This document shows, in pieces, positions 13,601-22,353 of a DNA stretch of 32,000 bases. Each line of letters starts with the position of its first letter. Within the stretch, counting starts at the first letter, position 1. The notes beneath the pieces were generated by a model. That model was not told where the DNA came from and ran no database searches. It saw only the letters and a list, made by a program, of their open reading frames with translations. Source of the DNA: Pseudoalteromonas translucida KMM 520 (GTDB lineage: Bacteria > Pseudomonadota > Gammaproteobacteria > Enterobacterales > Alteromonadaceae); the NCBI RefSeq assembly GCF_001465295.1, contig NZ_CP011034.1, positions 1,440,001 through 1,472,000 on the forward strand. The letters run 5' to 3'. Made by a program: the position numbers and the translations under genes.

Positions 13601-13774
13601 ATGAATAGGCTTGCACGTAGGGTTATATTGAGTGGTTTAGTAATAGCAGCAGTGGTGTGTTATGTGCTTGGCAATGCAAATGGAGTGTTCGCTTTTATTA
13701 TGTTTGGTATAGCGCTTGAGCTCTTGTTTTGGTTAACCGTATCGGTAAAAAAAGCGCCCAACATTCGCTCTTAA
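13601..13774 (+). CDS. Small membrane protein (57 aa, two hydrophobic segments)
   Basis: The track ORF starts at GTG 13589. ATG 13601 is preceded by GGAGG (13591-13595) at 5-nt spacing. The product starts MNRLARRVILSGLVIAAVVCYVLG.... Confidence 0.5.
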   Translation: MNRLARRVILSGLVIAAVVCYVLGNANGVFAFIMFGIALELLFWLTVSVKKAPNIRS

Positions 13775-13894
13775 AACCTACATAGTTATAACAAATAGAT
13801 AAAAATACCGACAATAAATTTAAATCGTGTCAATAATCAAATGCGGAAGTTTAATAGCAAACAGGCTTAGTTACACAGATTGAATGTTTATAAC

Positions 13895-13930
13895 AAAAAA
13901 ATGCCGCTCATTTTACTGAGCGGCATTTTT
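13895..13930. terminator. Bidirectional rho-independent terminator between convergent genes
   Basis: A 10-bp stem ATGCCGCTCA (13901-13910) / TGAGCGGCAT (13917-13926) has a 6-nt loop. It is flanked by A6 on the left and T4 on the right. Confidence 0.85.
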
Positions 13931-13957
13931 GTATCACTAATTTATATGGTTATTAGC

Positions 13958-15127
13958 TTAGCCTGCAACGGGTGTGCTACCTGTTGGAATGTCTTTCATG
14001 CTTTTAATTAGCATGTAAATACAGGTGGTGGCTAAGCAGCCGCCTAAATAAAGTAAAATACCATCGCTTGCATCAGAGAAGTTAGCTGCAAGCATTGGGC
14101 CTAGCACAGAGCCTAGGCTGTAGCTTAAAAGCATGATTTCGGTTGCTGATACAATTTTAGCCATAGGCAAAGAGTCGCAAGCGAGCGTAATGGCAATAGG
14201 GTAAAGTGCAAAACTTGCTGCCCCTAACACTAAATAGCTAACAACTAAGCCGCTAAAGCTGGTTGTTTGCAATATACCTAACACGCTTGCTGCACCTAAA
14301 AAGCAAAACATTGCCATGAGTAAGTTTTTACCCATACGAGTAGATAAGTAACTTACCAGTGGCTGTACTAACATGCCGCCAAGAATAATAATTGCCATTA
14401 ACAAACCTGTGTCTTGAGCCTGTTCGCTTTGTGCTGCGATATATACAGGCATTAATCCATAAATTGGCCCCAGTAATAGCCCCGACGCTAAGCACCCTAA
14501 TATTGCTGGGCGGCTAAGGGTTTTAATTTCTTTTAATGGCAGTTTTTGTAGCTCTTGGCTATCTGGTTGGCCTGATGTAATTAATAACGGTGCTAAAATT
14601 GCTAGCAATAATAAACCAACTACAAATAAGTACGGCACAGCGCCTACTGTGCCTAGCGGTGCAATAGCAAGTTGGCCTACTGCGCTGCCGCCATAAAGCG
14701 AGGTCATGTAAAGGCCTAAACGTTTAGCACGAGCTTTAGGCGTGTTGGTCATTAATAACCACGACTCAACCACCACAAATACACCTGCAACGGCCATACC
14801 AGCAACAAAACGCGCCATTAACCAAACCCCAGCTTTAGGCATAACTAGCTGAGCAAGAACACTTAAAATTAATAAACTAAGAAATAAAATAAAAGCAAAC
14901 CTGTGGCCTATTTTTACTACTATGCGTTCAATGCATGTAGCGCCAATAAGTAAGCCAAAATAAAATACACTCGCTAGCCATGGGGCAAGATCTACATCGA
15001 GTTTAAATGCCGATAGCGATAGCGGGATCAGGCTCATTAAAAAGCCAGAAGCTATAGCAAAAAAAGACAAACCGATAACAGGTGCTAACGGGTTATTTGA
15101 CTTGCTAGTAGCAACGAATTCTATCAT
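13958..15127 (-). CDS. MFS transporter
   Basis: The ORF is 389 aa with about 12 hydrophobic segments and a central loop. The composition is typical of the major facilitator superfamily. Confidence 0.8.
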   Translation of the reverse strand: MIEFVATSKSNNPLAPVIGLSFFAIASGFLMSLIPLSLSAFKLDVDLAPWLASVFYFGLLIGATCIERIVVKIGHRFAFILFLSLLILSVLAQLVMPKAGVWLMARFVAGMAVAGVFVVVESWLLMTNTPKARAKRLGLYMTSLYGGSAVGQLAIAPLGTVGAVPYLFVVGLLLLAILAPLLITSGQPDSQELQKLPLKEIKTLSRPAILGCLASGLLLGPIYGLMPVYIAAQSEQAQDTGLLMAIIILGGMLVQPLVSYLSTRMGKNLLMAMFCFLGAASVLGILQTTSFSGLVVSYLVLGAASFALYPIAITLACDSLPMAKIVSATEIMLLSYSLGSVLGPMLAANFSDASDGILLYLGGCLATTCIYMLIKSMKDIPTGSTPVAG

Positions 15128-15551
15128 TAGAATTATCCGATTTTAAGGTCATAAATAAACGCTGTTTACCGACTCTGTTTTAAGGCGATTATTTATTGTT
15201 GGTTGATTTTGCGGCGAATGTAGGACTCTTTTGAAAGGAAGTAAAGTGATTTTTTATTAATCAATGAAAATAAATTTTTAACTGCACAATTACGTAAAAT
15301 AAGCGCACAATTGCGACGTGTTTGTGTTTTAAACGTATTAAAATTGTATGGTTTTTGTTATTTTATTTACTTGGTTTAATGCGGTAAAGGCAATAAATTT
15401 AAGCCATTGAGCAAACCATTAGTAAGCGTTTTTAAGTTTTAAATAGTTGCGGCACAACAAATAAAAGTAACAGCCTTTAAAACGATTACTTTTATGTGTT
15501 GTAAATGAGCGGTTTTAATTTATGCAGCTGAGTTTAAAGTTAAACCTTTGA

Positions 15552-16499
15552 TTACTGCATTAGCAGCGCTAATTGATGATACAAACCAATACCTATTAAA
15601 ACATTAAACGGAAAAGTAATACCTAAAGAGCAGAGCATAGCCAGGCCAATATTCGCTTCTGGAATGGCGGCTTTTATTGCTGCAGGCGCTGCAATGTATG
15701 AGGCACTGGCAACTAGGCTACCTAAAACTACAATTGAACCCATTTCAAGGTGTAAAAGTGTACCGACTGCTACGCCAAGCGTGCCCAAAAATAAAGGGGT
15801 AATAATAGCAAATAAAGCTAACTTCCAATGATGCCAAGGCACAGGGCGCAAAGTTTGCGCGGCGGTTAAACCCATCTCAAGTAAAAATAATGCCAGTACA
15901 ACCTTAAAGCCGTTAGTTAATAAGCTGGTAACTTGGCTACCTTGTTGCGTGCCGTACATTATGCCAATAATTACACCGCCAACGAGTAAAATAACGCTTT
16001 TATTGGTTAGTGCTTCGTGCCAAACCGCTTTTAAAGACAGCTTTTTAGTTGGCGCACTTTCTTTATTAAATTTTCTATATATTAGCAGGCCAACAATAAT
16101 AGCCGGCAGCTCTAGCATCACTAAATACAAAGTTACTTCAGCGCCTACAATCAAACTAGACGACTCTGCGTAGGCAAGCGCAACAGCAAATGTACCCGCA
16201 CTAACAGAGCCATAATGCGCCGCAATACTGGCACTATTAGCATGAGAAAGTGTAATAACGTACTTTAAAATAGGGTACAGCATTAAAGGAATAAGCCCCC
16301 CAAGCAGCATAATAGCCCCCATTTCTGGGAGTAGCTGCCAATTTAAATTACCGTGTAAAACCATACCGCCTTTTAAACCAATAGTAAGCATTAGCAGTAA
16401 GCTTAGGGTTTCGTAAGTGGCTTTGGGTATAGCAAGATCAGAGTGTATAAGTCCGGCGATTAAACCTAATATAAAAAACATAACAACAATATCGGGCAC
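15552..16499 (-). CDS. Sbt-type (sodium-dependent bicarbonate transporter family, PF05982-like) permease
   Basis: This 315-aa polytopic protein has the N-terminus ...FFILGLIAGLIHSDLAIPKATYETLSLLLMLTIGLKGG..., which matches the family pattern as I recall it. It is divergent from a LysR gene. Confidence 0.65.
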   Translation of the reverse strand: MPDIVVMFFILGLIAGLIHSDLAIPKATYETLSLLLMLTIGLKGGMVLHGNLNWQLLPEMGAIMLLGGLIPLMLYPILKYVITLSHANSASIAAHYGSVSAGTFAVALAYAESSSLIVGAEVTLYLVMLELPAIIVGLLIYRKFNKESAPTKKLSLKAVWHEALTNKSVILLVGGVIIGIMYGTQQGSQVTSLLTNGFKVVLALFLLEMGLTAAQTLRPVPWHHWKLALFAIITPLFLGTLGVAVGTLLHLEMGSIVVLGSLVASASYIAAPAAIKAAIPEANIGLAMLCSLGITFPFNVLIGIGLYHQLALLMQ

Positions 16500-16582
16500 G
16501 GTGTTTCCTAGCTGTAAAATTAAGTGGCGCTATTGTAGAGAAAACTTTGTATAGTAAATAATAAAATGAACAGTGGTTATAT

Positions 16583-16598
16583 ATAGATAACTATCTAT
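16583..16598. promoter_or_regulatory. Perfect inverted repeat ATAGATA-AC-TATCTAT in the divergent LysR/permease control region
   Basis: The 7-bp arms are separated by a 2-bp spacer and end 1 nt before the LysR SD (GAGG 16599-16602). This is a typical location for a LysR autoregulatory site. Confidence 0.4.
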
Positions 16599-16607
16599 GA
16601 GGTGGGT

Positions 16608-17561
16608 ATGGATTTAAGGCATATATCGTTTAGATTACTAGAAGTGTTTATGAGTGTAGTAAAAACCCGTTCGTTAAGTGAAACAGCAAGGCAGCTTTAT
16701 TTAACGCAACCTACTGTTTCACTGCAAATAAAACGCTTACAAGAAGAAATAGGAGAGCCACTAATAACTATGCAACAGCAAAAGTTACAGGTAACCGAGG
16801 CTGGCCTTGAGCTATTTAGAACCTGCAAGCAGGTGTTTGCTCATTTTGAAGATTACCAAGATTTTTTAGCCGAATTACGTGGAGGCGAGCGAGGGCGATG
16901 TAAAATTGCCATGGTAAATACGGCGCAATATATTTTGCCTAAATTACTCGGCCCTTATAGTAATTTGCATCCGCATGTAGAGTTACCGCTGGAAATAGGC
17001 AATCGCGAAGAGGTATTAGCCCGCTTTGAGCGTGGAGAAGACGACATTTACGTTTTTAGCCACCCACCATCGTTAGAGCAAGCCCAAGCTGCTCGGTTTT
17101 TACATAATCCATTAGAATTTATAGTGCCTAATAATCATCCTTTATTGAATAAAAAAAACGTAACGTTGGCGGACTTAATGCCATATCGATTTTTACTGCG
17201 TGAAAACGGATCTGCCACACGTATGCTATTTGAAAGTGAGCTTCAAAGCCGAGGTTTAATGCTTAGCGATAGCGTACAAATGGCGAGTAACGAAGCCATA
17301 CGAGTTGCAGTATCGTCGGGTATGGGAATTAGCTTGCTGTCGCATCATGTTTTACCTAAAGGTGATAATAGCTATACAAAACTGCATGTTATCGACACCG
17401 ATATAGCCAGCCAATGGTACTTTGTAATGCGTACCGACAGACACATTTCGCACGCAGCGCGCAGCTTTTTAAAGTTTGCCCAAGCTAATTTAGAGCATTA
17501 CCTCGATACAAAATGGGTGCGTAATGAACTCCATACATTACATTTAGAACCTAAAACTTAA
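16608..17561 (+). CDS. LysR-family transcriptional regulator
   Basis: The N-terminal wHTH is ...FMSVVKTRSLSETARQLYLTQPTVSLQIKRLQEEIG.... ATG 16608 has a GAGG SD at 5-nt spacing. The track ORF begins at GTG 16602. Confidence 0.85.
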   Translation: MDLRHISFRLLEVFMSVVKTRSLSETARQLYLTQPTVSLQIKRLQEEIGEPLITMQQQKLQVTEAGLELFRTCKQVFAHFEDYQDFLAELRGGERGRCKIAMVNTAQYILPKLLGPYSNLHPHVELPLEIGNREEVLARFERGEDDIYVFSHPPSLEQAQAARFLHNPLEFIVPNNHPLLNKKNVTLADLMPYRFLLRENGSATRMLFESELQSRGLMLSDSVQMASNEAIRVAVSSGMGISLLSHHVLPKGDNSYTKLHVIDTDIASQWYFVMRTDRHISHAARSFLKFAQANLEHYLDTKWVRNELHTLHLEPKT

Positions 17562-17584
17562 ATTAAATAAGCAGTCGTTATGTT

Positions 17585-17615
17585 GCAATATAACTACTTA
17601 TAATAGTTATATTGC
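17585..17615. other. Perfect 12-bp inverted repeat (GCAATATAACTA / TAGTTATATTGC, 7-nt loop) just after the LysR stop
   Basis: I read this directly from the sequence. The stem is AT-rich and no T-run follows, so it is either a weak terminator or a protein-binding palindrome. Confidence 0.35.
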
Positions 17616-17779
17616 TATCAATACATAGTTATAAAACACCCTTAATAACTTATTTATTATTTTGGTTTTATTTTAAATAAAGTTAAGTAAGGTTTAAGTT
17701 TAGATTTTGTTAGGGCTCTTTTACTTAGTTGGAACCAAAATTGCTGCATAGCTTGTAACACAACAATGGGTTTGAGCTA

Positions 17780-18187
17780 ATGACAACAATAACGTTTAAA
17801 AATCAATACAGTAACTATAATTCCCCTAGTGTAAATAAAGCGGCAAGCCCAAGCGAAGTTGCGGCAATTAATCCCCCCATTGATGAAAAAACAAGTGATG
17901 TTAAAGGCATAAACTCAGCCCCTAAAGAGCAATCATTTTTAGAAAAAGCCCAAGAAGCGCTTGTTTATCAGCGTTTAGGTGTAAATAAAGACAAAATAGA
18001 CGAGTTAAAAGCGGCAATAGAGGAGCTGACTAAAGAGTTACAAGCGCAAGGCGCTGATCTTGATGTAATTGCAGATAAAATTAACGAACTTGAAAAAATG
18101 CTTGAGCAAGAATACCAACAAGGGCGCGATCGAATGGATATGAAACCTCAGCATGAGCCGGGTAAAATAATTTCTGCACTTGTTTAA
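17780..18187 (+). CDS. Hypothetical protein, 135 aa, C-terminal coiled-coil
   Basis: This ORF is in the track. It has a low-complexity N-terminus and a helical heptad-like region ...IDELKAAIEELTKELQAQGADLDVIADKINELEKMLEQEY.... I recognise no family. Confidence 0.5.
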   Translation: MTTITFKNQYSNYNSPSVNKAASPSEVAAINPPIDEKTSDVKGINSAPKEQSFLEKAQEALVYQRLGVNKDKIDELKAAIEELTKELQAQGADLDVIADKINELEKMLEQEYQQGRDRMDMKPQHEPGKIISALV

Positions 18188-18274
18188 TTTACATAATATT
18201 GAATAGTTTACATTGTTATTGTGCTTACTTTTGCTAAGGTAAAAACTTATAACAAAAATAAACAAGGATTACTA

Positions 18275-18778
18275 ATGAAAACCCTGCAGCAGCAACTAGG
18301 TAACTACGGGCTTTATCACCGCTCAAAACGCAATGTACTCACCCACCTGTTAGGCATTCCGCTCATTGTATTTGCCGTATTGTGCTTATTGGCGCGCATT
18401 CAGATCCCGTTGGGAGGCCTTGTTATAGATGGTGGACAACTTATTGTATTTGTATCAGTTGTGTACTATTTAATGTTAAGTGTGTCGTTGGGCCTTATTA
18501 TGGCTGTGCTATTAACTATGTTACTTGTTGGCGCGCAACCTATTGCAGCTATGGCATTTACGCCTTGGTTAACGATTAGTGTAGGACTGTTTGTGTTTGG
18601 TTGGATTTTACAGTTTGCTGGCCATTATTTTGAAGGTAAAAAACCCGCGTTTATAGATGATATATCGGGGCTTATTATTGGCCCTTTGTATGTAACCGCA
18701 GAGCTATTATTTATGTTGGGCTGTTATAAAAAGCTAGAGCAGCAAGTAACCGATATTGCTGGCCCAACTAAGCTATAA
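18275..18778 (+). CDS. DUF962 / Mpo1-like membrane protein (long form)
   Basis: ...YHRSKRNVLTHLLGIPLIVFA... and ...QFAGHYFEGKKPAFIDD... fit the DUF962 pattern. ATG 18275 is preceded by AAGGA. The track ORF starts upstream at 18221. Confidence 0.7.
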   Translation: MKTLQQQLGNYGLYHRSKRNVLTHLLGIPLIVFAVLCLLARIQIPLGGLVIDGGQLIVFVSVVYYLMLSVSLGLIMAVLLTMLLVGAQPIAAMAFTPWLTISVGLFVFGWILQFAGHYFEGKKPAFIDDISGLIIGPLYVTAELLFMLGCYKKLEQQVTDIAGPTKL

Positions 18779-18828
18779 AACAATAACAAACGTGCTGTAA
18801 CTAAAGCATTAAAATACGGTAAAAATGT

Positions 18829-19620
18829 ATGAATTATAATAATAAAACAGTGTGGATCACCGGCGCGTCATCGGGCATAGGTAAGGAGCTGGCAATACAG
18901 TTTGCAGAGCTGGGCGCTAGCGTTATTTTATCGGCGCGTAATGTTGACAAACTGACAGCGCTTAAGGCTGAGCTAAAAGGAGATGGGCATTTAATATTGC
19001 CACTCGATTTAGCAAAGCCCGAAGAAGTATTGAGTAAAGTTACCGCGGCAATAAATGAGTTGCCCGCAATCGATATTTTAATTAATAACGGCGGCATATC
19101 GCAGCGTAGTTTATTTTTAGAAAACGACTTTAAAGTGTATCGCCAATTAATGGAGGTTAACTATTTTGGTTTAGTGGCGTTAACTAAAGCGGTATTGCCC
19201 TCTATGGTTGCAAGAAAAAGTGGCTCGGTTGTGGCTATAAGTAGTGTGGCAGGAAAGGTAGGCTCTAAACTAAGAACCGGTTACTCAGGCACTAAATTTG
19301 CAGTGGTGGGGTTTATGGATTGCCTGCGCGCAGAAGTAAAAGAGCATAACATTCATTGTTTAACAATTTGCCCAGGTTTTATAAAAACCGCGATTGCGCA
19401 CAACTCATTAAACCCGCAAGGTGTTGCACAAAATAAATCTGAGCAAGCTATAGAAAATGGCATGGATGTTAAAGTAGCCGCATCAAAAATGATTAACGCT
19501 ATTAATAGCAAAAAAGATGAAGTGATTGTTGGCCAAGGCTTAAGTGGTTGGGCTCCTACCATTAAACGCTTTTTTCCGCGTTTATTTAACCGTTTAACAG
19601 CAAAAGTTAACTTTAAATAA
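18829..19620 (+). CDS. Short-chain dehydrogenase/reductase (SDR) family oxidoreductase
   Basis: It has the TGASSGIGKELA cofactor motif, NNGG, and the catalytic YSGTKFAV (YxxxK). Confidence 0.9.
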   Translation: MNYNNKTVWITGASSGIGKELAIQFAELGASVILSARNVDKLTALKAELKGDGHLILPLDLAKPEEVLSKVTAAINELPAIDILINNGGISQRSLFLENDFKVYRQLMEVNYFGLVALTKAVLPSMVARKSGSVVAISSVAGKVGSKLRTGYSGTKFAVVGFMDCLRAEVKEHNIHCLTICPGFIKTAIAHNSLNPQGVAQNKSEQAIENGMDVKVAASKMINAINSKKDEVIVGQGLSGWAPTIKRFFPRLFNRLTAKVNFK

Positions 19621-19657
19621 TACTAAAATTTAATAAAGCTATAGTTGAGTATAAAAA

Positions 19658-20257
19658 GTGATAATAAAATATATATGGCTCGGATTATTTTTTAGCGTGC
19701 TGATCTGGTCGGGCATAAACCCAAAAGATCAATTTACTTGGTTTTTAGAAGTGCTACCAGCCATTATTGGTGTGGTAATTATGCTTTGCACCTATAAACA
19801 CTTTAAGTTAACCCCTATTTTATATTGGTTTATTTTAGCGCATTGTATTGTGTTGATGGTGGGCGGCCATTACACCTATGCTGAAGTACCGTTATTCGAT
19901 AATTTATTTGGCAGTGAGCGCAATAACTACGACAAAGTAGGGCACTTTTTTCAGGGTTTTGTACCTGCATTACTAGCACGCGAAATTTTACTGCGTAAAA
20001 ATGTAGTTAATGGCAAAGGGTGGCTCATTACGTTTATTATTTCAATATGCTTAGCCTTTAGTGCTTTTTATGAGTTACTAGAGTGGCGGGTGGCATTGTT
20101 GAGCGGCGAAAATGCCGAAGCGTTTTTAGGCACCCAAGGTTATATTTGGGATACCCAATCAGATATGGGATTAGCACTATTAGGGGCTATTTGCTCGCTA
20201 TTAGTACTTTCTAAAGTACACGACAAGCAGCTAAAAAGCGTTAAAGATTATGGATGA
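19658..20257 (+). CDS. DUF2238 (YjdF-like) inner membrane protein
   Basis: GTG start. ...INPKDQFTWFLEVLPAIIG...MVGGHYTYAEVPLF...YDKVGHFFQGFVPALLAREIL... matches the YjdF family pattern as I recall it. Confidence 0.7.
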   Translation: MIIKYIWLGLFFSVLIWSGINPKDQFTWFLEVLPAIIGVVIMLCTYKHFKLTPILYWFILAHCIVLMVGGHYTYAEVPLFDNLFGSERNNYDKVGHFFQGFVPALLAREILLRKNVVNGKGWLITFIISICLAFSAFYELLEWRVALLSGENAEAFLGTQGYIWDTQSDMGLALLGAICSLLVLSKVHDKQLKSVKDYG

Positions 20258-20284
20258 GTTATTATGCCTTTTCTAAGGTGACCT

Positions 20285-20510
<226 letters not shown>

Positions 20511-20902
20511 ACAACTCAAAACGGAGTGTATTACATTGTTCAATAATTTCACTTAAAAATACCTTTGTAAACAATTGTTTATATAGGGGTATAAAGTAAG
20601 TTACTGTTATGCCTAAAACAGCTTTTAATAAGGTTACAGGGAAAAATATAAAAACGGTTTAAACGCGCGGTAGTTGTCGCTTAATAATTTATTTGGTTTT
20701 ATTGAGTGGGATTTATTTAGTAGTTAAGTTTTTAAGTGATTTTTTTGGGGTAGGGAGGCTGATTAATACTTATTTGCTGCTTTTACTTGAAAGTAATCAG
20801 AAAATATCAAAGCGGTATATAAGAGGGTTTGAATTTATGAGTTATTTTACTAAACGCTGCCCGGTGTTTTTAATGCAAAGGGCCGCGTTTAACTATATGC
20901 AT

Positions 20903-21082
20903 TTACTTGGCTTTTTTAGCCTCAAGAGTTTCTATTTCACTCCAGATTTTTTCGGCCTCGGCGCTTAACATAGCGTAGCTTTTAATATCGCCCTTACGCT
21001 GTGCCTGCATGCCTTGCTCTAATTTTGCGTCGTACTCTCTTCGTAGTTTTTTGCTTGGATCTGATTTAAATATCGAAAACAT
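20903..21082 (-). CDS. Small conserved protein, 59 aa (Lacal_2735 / DUF6435-like, from memory)
   Basis: I translated this by hand: MFSIFKSDPSKKLRREYDAKLEQGMQAQRKGDIKSYAMLSAEAEKIWSEIETLEAKKAK*. It is one residue below the track cutoff. A GAGAG SD-like motif lies upstream. It lies antisense to the listed, probably spurious, ORF 20693..20968. Confidence 0.6.
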   Translation of the reverse strand: MFSIFKSDPSKKLRREYDAKLEQGMQAQRKGDIKSYAMLSAEAEKIWSEIETLEAKKAK

Positions 21083-21227
21083 GCTTACTCTCTTAATTAC
21101 TTTTAATGTATTTGCTTGATTGAGTATACATACGATGCCGCGTGGAAAATCGATTATTAAAGTATAAATTAGTCCTGCAGCTAAATATTGAATAATTACT
21201 CTAACAGGGTTGAAATCACAAAAATTG

Positions 21228-21271
21228 AGCGTACACTTGTGCGCTGAAAGTTTGGGCGCACACGTGTAAGC
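21228..21271. promoter_or_regulatory. Two related imperfect palindromes upstream of the reductase/desaturase operon (candidate repressor operators)
   Basis: Site 1 is AGCGTACACTTGTGCGCT (21228-21245, 14/18 self-complementary). Site 2 is GCGCACACGTGTAAGC (21256-21271, core ACACGTGT perfect). The two sites share 12/16 positions (GCGyACACkTGT..GC). Confidence 0.4.
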
Positions 21272-21303
21272 CTAAGGTGTTTTGAATCGCAATAGAGAAT
21301 TAA

Positions 21304-22353
21304 GTGTTTATGATCACGCAAATATTAGATCAATTTTCAAAATGGTTTTTACACCATCAAAGTTTTGCCAGTTATATAGAGCCAATTATGCAGGTGTTTA
21401 AACCAGCATGGCGCGCAGGGCAATATAGAGCGCAAGTAGTTGATACAGTTAGCCTTAATGGCAGTTTTTTAAGTGTGCAACTTAAGCCAAGTAAACAATG
21501 GCCTAAGCATACTGCTGGGCAGCATATAAGTTTAACCCTTGAAATTAACGGGCGATTATTAACGCGTGTTTTTACTGTGGCTTCAAGCGCTCAGCAATTT
21601 AAAAACACAGGCTTAGTGCGTTTACTAATCAAAACGAATGCACAAGGGCGTTTTACAGCCTTACTAAATAACACCTTAAAAGCGGGTTTGTGGTGCAGTA
21701 TTTCTGCGCCAAGCGGCGACTTTGTATTTAAAAGCACACATACACCGGCCACTTTTATTGCTGGTGGGTCGGGCATTACTCCCATGCTGGCTATGCTTGA
21801 TGATTACCTAAGCCAAACAACGCAAAAGGTGTTGTTAGTGTATTACGCAAAAGTAACTGAGCATCAATGTGTTGATGAGTTGGGTGAACTGGCTGCACGG
21901 TTTGCGCATTTTTCGTTTTTATTATTAACGCGCGAGCAGGCAAACGACATAACCAGCAATATTAAACCATGGGAAAACCCCGATATTTATTGCTGTGGCC
22001 CTGCAGCCTTTATGCAAACGGTGAGTGACTTTGCTAAAAAGCATGATTTAAATTACTACCAAGAGGCATTTGGTTTAGCGTTGCCGCGCTTAAAAGACGA
22101 CAGCCAATTTAATGTAAAAATTAACAGTGGCGCGCATGTGGTATTGGGCAACGATGTTTTGCTAACTCAGTTTGAAGAAAAAAAGCTACCCGTTAAACGC
22201 GGTTGCGGCATTGGTATTTGCCATCAGTGCCAATGTATTAAAAAGTCAGGTGTGGTACGCAATTTAAAAACCGGTGAATTGAGTGATAGCGGCGAGCAGT
22301 TAATTCAACTTTGCGTAAGCCAAGCGGTAAGTGATTTGGAGCTACAATTATGA
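21304..22353 (+). CDS. Ferredoxin-NAD(P) reductase-type oxidoreductase (FAD/NAD-binding plus C-terminal 2Fe-2S), DesC-like desaturase partner
   Basis: It has the FNR-like pattern ...RVFTVAS... and ...FIAGGSGITPMLAML.... The C-terminal cluster is CGIGICHQCQC. The start is GTG 21304 or ATG 21310. The stop overlaps the desaturase start (ATGA). Confidence 0.8.
   Translation: MFMITQILDQFSKWFLHHQSFASYIEPIMQVFKPAWRAGQYRAQVVDTVSLNGSFLSVQLKPSKQWPKHTAGQHISLTLEINGRLLTRVFTVASSAQQFKNTGLVRLLIKTNAQGRFTALLNNTLKAGLWCSISAPSGDFVFKSTHTPATFIAGGSGITPMLAMLDDYLSQTTQKVLLVYYAKVTEHQCVDELGELAARFAHFSFLLLTREQANDITSNIKPWENPDIYCCGPAAFMQTVSDFAKKHDLNYYQEAFGLALPRLKDDSQFNVKINSGAHVVLGNDVLLTQFEEKKLPVKRGCGIGICHQCQCIKKSGVVRNLKTGELSDSGEQLIQLCVSQAVSDLELQL

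Noticed and set aside
18382-18579. 65-aa plus-strand ORF nested in another frame of the DUF962 gene
   Set aside because: It is entirely internal to a gene with clear family motifs, and its product is Cys/Tyr-rich and implausible.
20568-20581. Perfect 14-bp palindrome TAAACAATTGTTTA
   Set aside because: It is a short, all-AT-rich palindrome in a non-coding remnant region, with no adjacent gene or second copy. It is likely a chance occurrence.
20693-20968. 91-aa plus-strand ORF in the IS-remnant/desaturase intergenic region
   Set aside because: It starts at TTG (track M) and has a Phe/Leu-rich product from AT-rich DNA. It overlaps antisense the better-supported 59-aa gene at 20903..21082.
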